Assembly: GCA_003223415.1 (NCBI GenBank) | Contig: QHUY01000017.1 | Location: 6,739-70,738 of the forward strand | Source: Gemmatimonadota bacterium | GTDB lineage: Bacteria > Gemmatimonadota > Gemmatimonadetes > Gemmatimonadales > GWC2-71-9 | Direction: 5' to 3' | Length of the DNA stretch: 64,000 nucleotides | Shown: piece after piece, positions 47,720-56,570 of the stretch | Layout: each line of letters opens with the position of its first letter | How positions within the stretch are numbered: position 1 is the stretch's first letter | The notes under the pieces: generated by a model | What the model was told of the DNA's origin: nothing | Seen by the model: only the letters and a program-made list of their open reading frames with translations | Databases searched by the model: none | Translations under genes and position numbers: made by a program

Positions 47720-49093
47720 GTGTCTGAACCCTCCCTCTTCCAGCGCTCCGCCGCGCCGCTCGCGGCCCGGATGCGCCCGCGCACCCTCGACGGCTTCCTC
47801 GGCCAGGAGAATCTCCTGGGACCGGGCAAGGCGCTGGGCGAGCTCATCCGCCGGGGCGACGTCGGGTCGTGCATCTTCTGGGGGCCGCCGGGCTCGGGCA
47901 AGACGACGCTCGCCAAGATCATCGCCAACTACACCGACCGGCACTTCGAGCCGTTTTCGGCCGTCACCGAAGGGGTGGGCCGCGTCCGCGAGATCATCAA
48001 GGAAGCTGAGGAGCGGCTCAAGTTTCCGGGGCAGGGCACGATCCTGTTCTGCGACGAGATCCACCGCTTCAATCGCGCCCAGCAGGACGCGTTCCTGCCG
48101 TGGGTGGAGAACGGGATCATCACCCTCATTGGCGCCACGACGGAGAACCCGAGCTTCGAGCTGACGGGGGCGCTGCTGTCACGCTGTCGCGTGTTCGTGC
48201 TCGAGCCGTTGCGTGAAGAGCACATCCGCGCCCTGGTGGAGCGCGCTTTGCAGGACCGCGACCAGGGGCTGGGCCACCTGGAGCTCCAGATCGACGACGA
48301 CGCCCTCGCCTTGCTGGCCCGCGAGGCGGACGGCGACGCCCGGCGGGCGCTGCAAGCCCTCGAAGCGGCAGCGGAATACACGACGGGGAAAGGGGAAAGG
48401 GGAATGGGGAAGCGTGGTCCGTCTGACCGTCCGACCGTCCGACTGTCCGTCGGTGTTATCGCGGATGCCCTTCAGAAACGCTTCGCGAAGTACGACAAGG
48501 GCGGCGAGGAACACTTCAACTTGATCTCCGCGCTCCACAAGGCGGTGCGCGGGTCGGACGTGGAAGGGGCATTGTACTGGCTGGCGCGCATGCTGGCCGG
48601 CGGGGAGGATCCCCTCTACCTGGCGCGCCGCATCGTGCGCATGGCGAGCGAGGACATCGGGCTGGCCGATCCCCGGGCGCTGTCGGTCGCGCTGGCGGCG
48701 AAGGACGCTTACCACTTCCTGGGCAGCCCGGAAGGCGAGCTCGCGCTGGCGGAGGCCGTCATCTACCTTGCCACCGCACCCAAGTCGAACAAGGTGTACG
48801 AGGCGTTCGGCCGGGCGGCCGAGGCGGCGCGGGAGCACCCGGCCGCGCCCGTGCCGTTGCACATCCGCAACGCCCCGACGCCGTTGATGAAAGAACTCGG
48901 CTACGGCGAAGGGTACAAGTACGCACACGGCTTCGCGGGCGCGTACGTCCCGCAGGAGTATCTGCCCGAGCCCTTGCGCGGCCAGCGCTGGTACGACCCC
49001 ACGGAGTTCGGATACGAGAAGACGGTCAAGGAGAGGATGGAGTGGTGGGAGAAGCTCAAGAGGGAATGGGGACTGGGGACTGGGGAAAGGTGA
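47720..49093 (+). CDS. rarA: replication-associated recombination protein A (MgsA/RarA AAA+ ATPase)
   Basis: Has [20 protein letters not shown], and a MgsA_C region (FNLISALHKAVRGSDVEGALYWLARML, EDIGLADP). Confidence 0.9.
   Translation: MSEPSLFQRSAAPLAARMRPRTLDGFLGQENLLGPGKALGELIRRGDVGSCIFWGPPGSGKTTLAKIIANYTDRHFEPFSAVTEGVGRVREIIKEAEERLKFPGQGTILFCDEIHRFNRAQQDAFLPWVENGIITLIGATTENPSFELTGALLSRCRVFVLEPLREEHIRALVERALQDRDQGLGHLELQIDDDALALLAREADGDARRALQALEAAAEYTTGKGERGMGKRGPSDRPTVRLSVGVIADALQKRFAKYDKGGEEHFNLISALHKAVRGSDVEGALYWLARMLAGGEDPLYLARRIVRMASEDIGLADPRALSVALAAKDAYHFLGSPEGELALAEAVIYLATAPKSNKVYEAFGRAAEAAREHPAAPVPLHIRNAPTPLMKELGYGEGYKYAHGFAGAYVPQEYLPEPLRGQRWYDPTEFGYEKTVKERMEWWEKLKREWGLGTGER
48385..48453. 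repeat. GGGGAAA heptamer array followed directly by a CGTCCGAC octamer array, in frame in rarA
   Basis: 48385-48412 is GGGGAAA x2, GGGGAAT, GGGGAAG. 48416-48453 holds the octamers. Translated as GKGERGMGKRGPSDRPTVRLSVG, in the variable linker between the AAA+ lid and MgsA_C. Confidence 0.75.
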
Positions 49094-49140
49094 CAAAGCG
49101 CACTCACAGTACCATTCCCCATTCCCCCTTCCCCCTTCCC
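49062..49140. repeat. hairpin of GGGAATG/GGGACTG heptamers spanning the rarA stop codon
   Basis: Left arm 49062-49090, TGA at 49091-49093, 21-nt spacer, right arm 49112-49140 (CCATTCC CCATTCC CCCTTCC CCCTTCC). Confidence 0.8.
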
Positions 49141-49146
49141 GGGTGG

Positions 49147-49590
49147 TTGGGGTTGTGGGTGGTGGTAGTTGGGTGCGCTACCCTCGGGAAGCTCTATTTC
49201 CAGGATCCCGATGTCCAGCTCAAGGAGATCGACATCACCGGGCTCGGCCTGTCGGGTGGGACCATGAACCTGATCTTCGACGTGTACAACCCGAACGATT
49301 ACCGGGTGCGCTCGACGCGGATGGAGCTCGGCCTGGACCTCGAAGCTACGCACTTCGGGGATGCCGTGCTCGAGAAGCCGCTCGATCTCTCGCCCCAGAA
49401 TCACAACCAGGTGGTCGTCCCGGTGCGCTTCGAATGGGCCGGCGTGGGCGCGGGGGCCCGGGCGCTGCTCAGCCGCCAGGCGATCCGCTACGGCCTCACC
49501 GGCGCCGTCCTGCTCGACACCCCGCTCGGCGATAAGCGTCTGGGGCTGCATGGGAGCGGGGACGTCCCACTCAAGAAACTGCTGCCGTGA
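49147..49590 (+). CDS. LEA_2 (LEA14/NDR1-HIN1-like) family lipoprotein
   Basis: The leader ends VVVVGC. Then VQLKEIDITGLGLSGGTMNLIFDVYNPNDYRV, typical of LEA_2. TTG/GTG start is uncertain (49147-49159). Confidence 0.6.
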   Translation: MGLWVVVVGCATLGKLYFQDPDVQLKEIDITGLGLSGGTMNLIFDVYNPNDYRVRSTRMELGLDLEATHFGDAVLEKPLDLSPQNHNQVVVPVRFEWAGVGAGARALLSRQAIRYGLTGAVLLDTPLGDKRLGLHGSGDVPLKKLLP

Positions 49591-50186
49591 CGACTCTCCC
49601 GATTCGCCCCGCCTCTGCGGGGTGGCGCGGCGCGGCGCGCCTGGTCCGCGCTCTGCCGGCGCGCCTGCTGCACCGGCTCCGGCGCCGGAGGGCCCTCGCC
49701 CGGCTCGGCGCCAGAGGGATTCCGGGCTCGATCCTGGTCGTCTGCTACGGCAATATCTGTCGCAGCCCTTACGCAGCGGGGATGCTGCGGCGGCTGCTGC
49801 CGGCGACACCGGCGGGAGGGGTTCGCGTGGACTCCGCGGGGTTCATCGGGCCGGATCGGCCCGCGCCTCCCGAGGCGGTCGCGGCCGCCCGTAAGCACGG
49901 CGTCGACCTTTCCCAACACCGATCCCAGTTGCTGGGGCCGCAGGAGGTGGCCGCCGCCGAGCTGATCCTGGTCATGGAGCCCGCGCAGCAAGACGCGGTC
50001 TGCGCTCATTTCGGGCGGTGGCGGTCGGACGTCGTCGTGCTCGGCGATCTCGATCCCGAGCCGATCACCCAGCGGACTATCCGGGACCCGGTCGAACAGC
50101 CGGGGAGCGTCTTCGAGGAGAGCTACGCCCGGATCGACCGTTGCTTGCGGGCGCTGGTGAGCGTCATGGCGCCGCCCACCCTTTAA
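49587..50186 (+). CDS. low-molecular-weight protein tyrosine phosphatase
   Basis: CX5R(S/T) loop VVCYGNICRSP, plus a DP motif further downstream. Confidence 0.8.
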   Translation: MTTLPIRPASAGWRGAARLVRALPARLLHRLRRRRALARLGARGIPGSILVVCYGNICRSPYAAGMLRRLLPATPAGGVRVDSAGFIGPDRPAPPEAVAAARKHGVDLSQHRSQLLGPQEVAAAELILVMEPAQQDAVCAHFGRWRSDVVVLGDLDPEPITQRTIRDPVEQPGSVFEESYARIDRCLRALVSVMAPPTL

Positions 50187-50273
50187 GCTAGCGCTGTGGC
50201 AGGCGCGCAACACCGCAGGCCTTCGGACGGCACGGTTCCTGCTGAGCCTACTCAGCATCCTGGCTCGCAAATC

Positions 50274-51122
50274 ATGATCGCCCATCACTTCACCGTCGAC
50301 GTCGAGGAGTACTTCCAGGTCTCGGCCTTCGAAGGCTACGTGTCGCGGGACTCTTGGGCTACGCTGCACTCTCGCGTCGAGGCCAGCGTCGGCCGGCTCG
50401 TGGACCTGCTCGCCCGCCATCGTGCCCGGGGAACGTTCTTCGTCCTCGGCTGGGTGGCTGAGCGGCATCCCAATCTGGTCCGCGCCATCGTACGCGCCGG
50501 TCACGAGGCCGCTTCCCACGGCTGGGACCACAAGCGGGTCGGCGAGCAGACCCCCGACGAGTTCCGGGCCTCGGTACGTCGCACCAAGCAGCTGCTGGAG
50601 GAGCTGAGCGGGCAGCCGTGTCTGGGATTCCGGGCGCCGAATTTTTCGATCGTGTCGGGACGGGAGTGGGCGCTCGACATCCTGCTCGAGGAGGGGTATC
50701 GCTACGACTCGAGCCTCTACCCCGTGCGCCGGCCGGGCTATGGCTACGCCGGCGGTGGCCGCGACCCCCACTGGCTGGAGCGGCCGGCCGGCCGACTCGC
50801 CGAGCTGCCCCCGGCCACGCTGCGCCGCCTGGGAGTGAACCTGCCCGCCGGCGGCGGGGCGTACTTCCGTATTTTCCCCTATGCCCTGGTCCGGTCGACG
50901 ATCGCGGAGTATGATCGCCGTGGAGTCCCGGCGACCTTTTACCTGCATCCGTGGGAGATCGATCCGGCGCAGCCGACGCTCCCGGTGTCCTGGCTGGCTC
51001 GGCTCCGGCACTACACCGGCTTGGGCCGCACGCTCCCGCGCCTCGAGCGGCTCCTCTCGGAGTTCCGCTTCACCGCCATCGCTGACCGCTTCGCGGCGCC
51101 CGCCCTGGCGACCCGGGCCTGA
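50274..51122 (+). CDS. polysaccharide deacetylase, DUF3473 / PEP-CTERM-locus type
   Basis: ATG 50274. Has FTVDVEEYFQV, GTFFVLGWVAE, ASHGWDH and YLHPWEIDP. Confidence 0.8.
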   Translation: MIAHHFTVDVEEYFQVSAFEGYVSRDSWATLHSRVEASVGRLVDLLARHRARGTFFVLGWVAERHPNLVRAIVRAGHEAASHGWDHKRVGEQTPDEFRASVRRTKQLLEELSGQPCLGFRAPNFSIVSGREWALDILLEEGYRYDSSLYPVRRPGYGYAGGGRDPHWLERPAGRLAELPPATLRRLGVNLPAGGGAYFRIFPYALVRSTIAEYDRRGVPATFYLHPWEIDPAQPTLPVSWLARLRHYTGLGRTLPRLERLLSEFRFTAIADRFAAPALATRA

Positions 51123-51176
51123 TCCTGACGATCTATCGGGGGTGAGGAGGGAGCGTTTCTGGACGACGTCCGAGCG

Positions 51177-52109
51177 ATGCCGCGCGCCGGCATGAAGCGG
51201 GCGTCCGAGATCCTGCTGGCCCGCAGCGGCATCGCGGCGCTGGCCCGGCGCTGGCGCGGGGCGCAGGCGGTCGTGCTGGCCTACCACAACGTGCTGCCCG
51301 ACCGCGCGGCTGCCGTCGGTGATGGCAGCCTGCACCTGCCGCGCCGGGCCTTCGCGGCGCAGCTCGACCAGCTGCGGCGCACGCACGACGTCGTGCCACT
51401 GGACGCGGTCCTCGATCCCTCGGCGTCCCGGCGGAATCGGCCGCGCGCCGCGCTCACCTTCGACGACGCGTATCGGGGGGCGATCACCATCGGGCTGGCG
51501 GAGGTCGTCGCACGCGGGATGCCGGCGACGGTCTTCGTCGCGCCCCAGTTTGTGGGCGGCGGGACGTTCTGGTGGGATGCCCTCGCGGACCCACCCGGCG
51601 GGGAGGTGCAGCCCGCCGTGCGCGCGCAAGCTGTGGAGGCACTCGCGGGGGACGACGGGGCCGTCCGCGCCTGGGCACGAGCAACGGGTCTGCGCGTCGC
51701 GGAGGTGCCCGCCTGGGCGCGGGTAGCCGCCGAGGAGGAGCTCCAGGCGGTCGGCCGGCTCCCCGGGATTACTTTCGGCGCCCACAGTTGGGGGCACCCC
51801 AACCTCACGCGCGTGGCGGCCGCGCGGCTCCAGGACGAGCTGCGCCGCCCGCTCCAGTGGCTGCGTGACCGGTTCACGCACGTGATCGACTGGCTCGCCT
51901 ATCCGTACGGGTGCTGGTCCCCCGAGGTGGAAGAGGCTGCCGGCGCCGCGGGGTATCGCGCGGCCGTGCGGGTAGACGGGGGGTGGCTGCCTCGCGCCGC
52001 TCCGCGGGTGCCGGCGGCGGCGCGCTTCCATCTGCCGCGACTCAACGTGCCCGCCGGAGTCTCGGCCGAAGGGTTCGTCTTGCGCTGCGCCGGGTTACTC
52101 TCCCGGTGA
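51177..52109 (+). CDS. polysaccharide deacetylase family protein
   Basis: NodB-like motifs LTFDDAYRG and AHSWGHPNL. Confidence 0.7.
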   Translation: MPRAGMKRASEILLARSGIAALARRWRGAQAVVLAYHNVLPDRAAAVGDGSLHLPRRAFAAQLDQLRRTHDVVPLDAVLDPSASRRNRPRAALTFDDAYRGAITIGLAEVVARGMPATVFVAPQFVGGGTFWWDALADPPGGEVQPAVRAQAVEALAGDDGAVRAWARATGLRVAEVPAWARVAAEEELQAVGRLPGITFGAHSWGHPNLTRVAAARLQDELRRPLQWLRDRFTHVIDWLAYPYGCWSPEVEEAAGAAGYRAAVRVDGGWLPRAAPRVPAAARFHLPRLNVPAGVSAEGFVLRCAGLLSR

Positions 52110-53311
52110 GAGCCAGGGCGGAGATCGTCGTCGTTGGGGGAGGCATTGTCGGCTTGGCGACGGCCTACGCGCTCGTCCAGCGCCCCGGCCGATCGGTGAT
52201 CGTGCTGGAGGCGGAGGGCCGCCTCGCCGCCCACCAGAGCGGGCACAACAGCGGCGTGATCCATTCGGGGCTCTACTACCAGCCGGGTTCGCTCAAGGCG
52301 CGGACCTGTCGGGAGGGGCGGGAGGCGCTGTACCGCTTCTGCGACCAGGCGGGGATCACGTACCGCCGCACCGGCAAGCTCGTCGTGGCCACGCGGTCCG
52401 CTGAGCTGAGCGCTCTCGCGCGGCTGGAAGAGCGCGGCCAGGCGAACGGTCTGCAGGGCCTGCGTCGTCTCGCCGCGGCCGAGCTGCGGGAGGTGGAGCC
52501 CGCGGCCCAAGGGCTGGCGGGGTTGTGGGTACCGGAGGCGGGCGTCGTCGACTTCGCGCGGGTCGTGGAGGCGCTGGCGGCACGAGTGCGGCATGCCGGC
52601 GGCGAGGTGCTCACCGGCGCCCGCGTGCACGAGATCCGGCGCGACGGCAGCGGCCTGATGATCGGGACGGCCCTCGGCGACTGCCGGGCGGCGCTGCTCG
52701 TCAACTGTGCTGGGCTTCAGGCGGATCGTCTCGCCCGGCTGGCCGGGGCGGATTGCGGCGTCGTGATCGTGCCCTTCCGCGGCGAGTACTACGAGCTCGT
52801 GCCGGCGCGGCGCGCGCTGGTCCGCGCGGCCATCTACCCGGTGCCCGATCCGGCGCTGCCGTTTCTGGGCGTGCATTTCACCCGCACGGTGGCCGATCGC
52901 GTCGTGGCCGGGCCCAACGCCGTACTGGCGTGGGCACGCGAAGGGTATCGCCGCTGGGACGTGTCGGTCCGGGACCTCGCGGGCACGCTCTCCTATGGTG
53001 GATTCTGGAGGATGGCGCGGGCCCACTGGCGCGCCGGGCTCGCCGAGCTGGGCCGCTCCTACAACAAGCGGTTGTTCGTCCGGGCCCTGCGGCGCCTGGT
53101 CCCGGAGGTCCGCCCGGCAGACCTCGTACCCGCCGGGAGCGGCGTTCGCGCGCAGGCCGTCGATGCCACCGGCAAGCTGCTGGATGACTTCCACATCGTG
53201 GAGACCCCCGGCGCCATCCACGTGCTCAACGCTCCCTCGCCCGCGGCCACGGCGTCGCTGGCCATCGGCCGCGAGGTGGCCGCTCGCGCGCTGCGGCAGC
53301 TCGGCGGATGA
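52106..53311 (+). CDS. lhgO: L-2-hydroxyglutarate oxidase-like FAD oxidoreductase
   Basis: GTG 52106 overlaps the preceding stop. Has VVVGGGIVGLATAY and HQSGHNSGVIHSGLYY. Confidence 0.75.
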   Translation: MRARAEIVVVGGGIVGLATAYALVQRPGRSVIVLEAEGRLAAHQSGHNSGVIHSGLYYQPGSLKARTCREGREALYRFCDQAGITYRRTGKLVVATRSAELSALARLEERGQANGLQGLRRLAAAELREVEPAAQGLAGLWVPEAGVVDFARVVEALAARVRHAGGEVLTGARVHEIRRDGSGLMIGTALGDCRAALLVNCAGLQADRLARLAGADCGVVIVPFRGEYYELVPARRALVRAAIYPVPDPALPFLGVHFTRTVADRVVAGPNAVLAWAREGYRRWDVSVRDLAGTLSYGGFWRMARAHWRAGLAELGRSYNKRLFVRALRRLVPEVRPADLVPAGSGVRAQAVDATGKLLDDFHIVETPGAIHVLNAPSPAATASLAIGREVAARALRQLGG

Positions 53312-54444
53312 GGCTCACGGTGCTGCACGTGACCGCGCCCGCGCGCTTCGGCGGCCTGGAGCGCGTCGTGGAGGCGCTTGCGGGCGGTCACCGTCGGGCA
53401 GGACACGCGGTCCACGTCGCGGTGATTCTGGACGGCTCCGAGAGGGATCACCTCCTGGCGCAGGCGCTGCGCCAGGCGGGCGTCGCCGTCGAGCTGCTCG
53501 CTCTCCCGACGCGAGCCTATTTGCGCGAGCGGGCCGCCATCGCGGCCCTGTGCCGCCGCCTGCGGCCGGCTGTCGTCCACACGCACGGGTACCGCCCGGA
53601 CGTGGTGGACGGGGCCGTCCCGCCACGCTTCGGGATTCCCGTCGTCACCACGGTCCACGGGTTCACCGGCGGCGACTGGAGGAACCGCTTCTACGAGTGG
53701 CTCCAGGTCCGTGCGTACCGTCGCTTCGACGGCGTCGTCGCCGTGTCCCGGCCGATCGTGGAGCGCCTCACCCGCGCCGGCGTGGCCCAAGAGCGGATTC
53801 TGCTACTCCCCAATGCCTGGAACGGTGGCCGCGCCCCCCCCCCGCTATCGCGCGCGGCGGCGCGGGCCGTCCTGGGGCTCGATGCCGCCGGAGCGTGGAT
53901 CGGGTGGGCAGGGCGGCTTAGCGCGGAGAAAGGGCCCGACGTGATGGTGAGCGCCCTGGCGCGCCTGGACGACCCCACCGTGCGGCTGTCCATGCTCGGG
54001 GACGGGCCGAAGGCGGCGGCGCTGCGGGGGGGGGGCGCGGCTGCCGCTGGGGTCGCAGAGCGCGTCACCTGGCACGGCGTCGTCCCGGCGGCCGGCCGGC
54101 TGCTGCGGGCGTTCGATGTCTTCGTGCTGAGCTCGCGCACGGAGGGTACGCCGATGGTGCTGTTCGAAGCGATGGCGGCCGGTGTGCCGGTGGTCACGAC
54201 GGCGGTCGGGGGCGTGCCGGACGTCGTGTCGGACACCGAAGCGCTCCTCGTGCCTCCGAATGATCCAGCGGCGCTCGCCGCGGCCATCTCGGCGGTCCTG
54301 GGCGATCCCGCTGGAGCCCGGCGCCGGGCCGAGGCGGCACGGCGACGCCTCGAGGAGAAGTTCAGGTTGGGCCCCTGGCTGGAGCGCTATGAATCTCTGT
54401 ACCGCACGCTGGCCGCTGGCGGACGCGCCGGAGCCCGAGCGTGA
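53308..54444 (+). CDS. glycosyltransferase family 4 (GT-B)
   Basis: C-terminal EGTPMVLFEAMAAGVPVV motif (EX7E type). Confidence 0.8.
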   Translation: MRLTVLHVTAPARFGGLERVVEALAGGHRRAGHAVHVAVILDGSERDHLLAQALRQAGVAVELLALPTRAYLRERAAIAALCRRLRPAVVHTHGYRPDVVDGAVPPRFGIPVVTTVHGFTGGDWRNRFYEWLQVRAYRRFDGVVAVSRPIVERLTRAGVAQERILLLPNAWNGGRAPPPLSRAAARAVLGLDAAGAWIGWAGRLSAEKGPDVMVSALARLDDPTVRLSMLGDGPKAAALRGGGAAAAGVAERVTWHGVVPAAGRLLRAFDVFVLSSRTEGTPMVLFEAMAAGVPVVTTAVGGVPDVVSDTEALLVPPNDPAALAAAISAVLGDPAGARRRAEAARRRLEEKFRLGPWLERYESLYRTLAAGGRAGARA

Positions 54445-55616
54445 GCGGCGCGCAGGTCGTATTGTGGGGAACGCTCGGCCTCGGGGTGTACACTTACGCC
54501 GGCTATCCGCTGTTGCTCAAGCTGCTGGCCCTGGTGCCGCGACGGCGGCCTGCGCCTCGCGCACCGCCGCAGTGGCCGATGGTGAGCGTCACGATCCCGG
54601 TCTACAACGAAGAAGCGGTCATCCGCGCCAAGCTGGAGCACGTGCTCGCCGGCGATTATCCCCCCGAATGCCGCCAGATCCTGGTGATCTCGGACGCTTC
54701 CACCGACCGCACCGACGACATCGTGCGGGAGTTCGCGCACCGCGGGGTGGAGCTGATCCGGCTGCCGCGGCGCCGCGGGAAGACGGCCGCCGAGAACGCC
54801 GCCGTGCGGCACGCGCGGGGCGAGATCATCGTCAACAGTGACGCTTCCGTCCGCGAGCCGCCCTCGGCGCTCACGGCGCTGATCGCGCGCTTCGGCGACC
54901 CCACCGTCGGCGTGGCCTCCGGCCGGGATCTGAGCGTGAGCACCGTGGAAGGCGAGGCGAACCAGGGTGAGTCCGGCTACACCGGGTACGAGATGTGGAT
55001 CCGCCGCCTCGAGACCAAGGTCGCGGGGATCGTGGGGGCCTCGGGCTGCTTCTACGCGATCCGCGCGCCGCTACACCAGCAGCCGCTGCCCGAAGGCCTG
55101 AGCCGCGATTTCGCCGCGCCGCTCACCGCCCGCCAGCACGGCTACCGCGCGGTCTCGGTGGAGGAGGCCGTGGTGTATGTCCCGCGCATCGCGTCGCTCC
55201 GTCGCGAGTACCGCCGCAAGGTCCGCACGATGACGCGCGGGATGAAGACGTGCTTCTACAAGCGCGCGCTCCTCAACCCGCTGCGCTATCGCTTGTTCGC
55301 CTGGGAGCTGTTCAGTCACAAGCTATGCCGCTGGCTGCTGCCGTATGCGGGCCTGCTGGCGCTCGTCGCCCTGGTCACGCTGGCGACCGTGGAGCCCTGG
55401 GCGCGGTGGCTGCTCGCCGCGGCGGGACTCGCCGCTGCCCTGGCCGTGTTGGGGTGGGTGTGGCCCGAGGGCCGGCGGCTGCCCCGGGTGTTCTCGCTGC
55501 CGGCCTACGTGTTGGCGGGGAACATCGCCGTCGTGCACTCCTGGATCAACATGCTGCGCGGTGCCGGGACCGCCACCTGGGAGCCGACGCGGCGGCCTAG
55601 CAGGCGCCTTTCTTGA
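54441..55616 (+). CDS. glycosyltransferase family 2, membrane-anchored
   Basis: Has VSVTIPVYNEE, SDASTD, NSDAS and C-terminal TMs. Confidence 0.8.
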   Translation: MSGAQVVLWGTLGLGVYTYAGYPLLLKLLALVPRRRPAPRAPPQWPMVSVTIPVYNEEAVIRAKLEHVLAGDYPPECRQILVISDASTDRTDDIVREFAHRGVELIRLPRRRGKTAAENAAVRHARGEIIVNSDASVREPPSALTALIARFGDPTVGVASGRDLSVSTVEGEANQGESGYTGYEMWIRRLETKVAGIVGASGCFYAIRAPLHQQPLPEGLSRDFAAPLTARQHGYRAVSVEEAVVYVPRIASLRREYRRKVRTMTRGMKTCFYKRALLNPLRYRLFAWELFSHKLCRWLLPYAGLLALVALVTLATVEPWARWLLAAAGLAAALAVLGWVWPEGRRLPRVFSLPAYVLAGNIAVVHSWINMLRGAGTATWEPTRRPSRRLS

Positions 55617-56343
55617 AGAGCATGACGGGCACCGTGCGGGCCATGATCCACAGGTCGTGCATGACCGACTGTCGCGCGATGTACTCGAGATCGTAGGACA
55701 CCTTGCGGCGCACGTCCTCGATGGAGCGGTCGTAGTGATTGTTGATCTGCGCCCACCCGGTGATCCCGGGCCGCACGCGCTGCCGGCTCTCGTAGCCGTC
55801 GATCATCTCGCGGAGCTCGAGAAAGATCTTTGGCTGTTCCGGCCGCGGGCCCACGACGTTCATGTCGCCGCGCAGCACGTTCCACAACTGCGGCAGCTCG
55901 TCGAGCCGGTACTGCCGCAGCAACCGCCCGATGGGCGTCACCCGCGGGTCCTCGGGTCGCGCCCAGACCTGATCGTCGGCGCGGCCCGGGCGCGTGGCCA
56001 TCGTCCGGAACTTGTAGATCCGGAACGGCGCGCCGCCGTGGTCCCAGTCGCGGCGATGGTTCAGCGATACCACCTTGGGATCCCGCCGGTCGAGGCCGAT
56101 GCGCGTCTGCGTGTAGAGCACCGGTCCTTTGGATGTCACCTTGATCAAGACGGCGATCAGGGCCATGAGTGGCGCCGCGAGCACCAGGCCGATGGCGGCT
56201 ACCACGACATTGAGCAGGCGCCGAGGCAGCTCCGCGACCGGGCAGAAAACGGTCGCCGGCGCCGGCTTCCAGACCAGGCGAAGGCTGCGCGGCTGCCATG
56301 CAGGTCGAGCGGTCTGAACCGCGATGCTGGTGGCGGGTGGCAT
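55597..56343 (-). CDS. polyprenyl-phosphate sugar phosphotransferase (small bacterial sugar transferase)
   Basis: Has GPVLYTQTRIG, YKFRTM and DELPQLWNVLRGDMNVVGPRP. N-terminal start uncertain. Confidence 0.8.
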   Translation of the reverse strand: MPPATSIAVQTARPAWQPRSLRLVWKPAPATVFCPVAELPRRLLNVVVAAIGLVLAAPLMALIAVLIKVTSKGPVLYTQTRIGLDRRDPKVVSLNHRRDWDHGGAPFRIYKFRTMATRPGRADDQVWARPEDPRVTPIGRLLRQYRLDELPQLWNVLRGDMNVVGPRPEQPKIFLELREMIDGYESRQRVRPGITGWAQINNHYDRSIEDVRRKVSYDLEYIARQSVMHDLWIMARTVPVMLFKKGAC

Positions 56344-56570
56344 TGGCCACCACGAATGGCAAGCCGCGTGCAGCGGGGCACCTTTCCAGCCTGCCGGCGT
56401 AACCGTCGTGGTGACAGAGACTTGCTGGGCCGGGGGATGGTGCTGCGCGCCTGCGACATGGTGGCAAGGCGACGGCGCTTTGTGGGAACGGCGCGACAGT
56501 CGCCATTATCTTTGGCACGACCCCTCGGGAGCGTCCGGCTATTCGTCCGCTGATCGACATCCAGCCCCCC

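Noticed and set aside
49488-52031. 847-aa minus-strand ORF across the phosphatase and deacetylase genes. Similar long shadow ORFs: 14113-16272 (-), 6731-8236 (-), 26606-28585 (+), 35576-37600 (-), 39646-41439 (-), 44894-46513 (-)
   Set aside because: Each overlaps a strongly motif-supported gene on the other strand and has out-of-frame-like Arg/Pro/Gly composition. I treat them as GC-driven artefacts.
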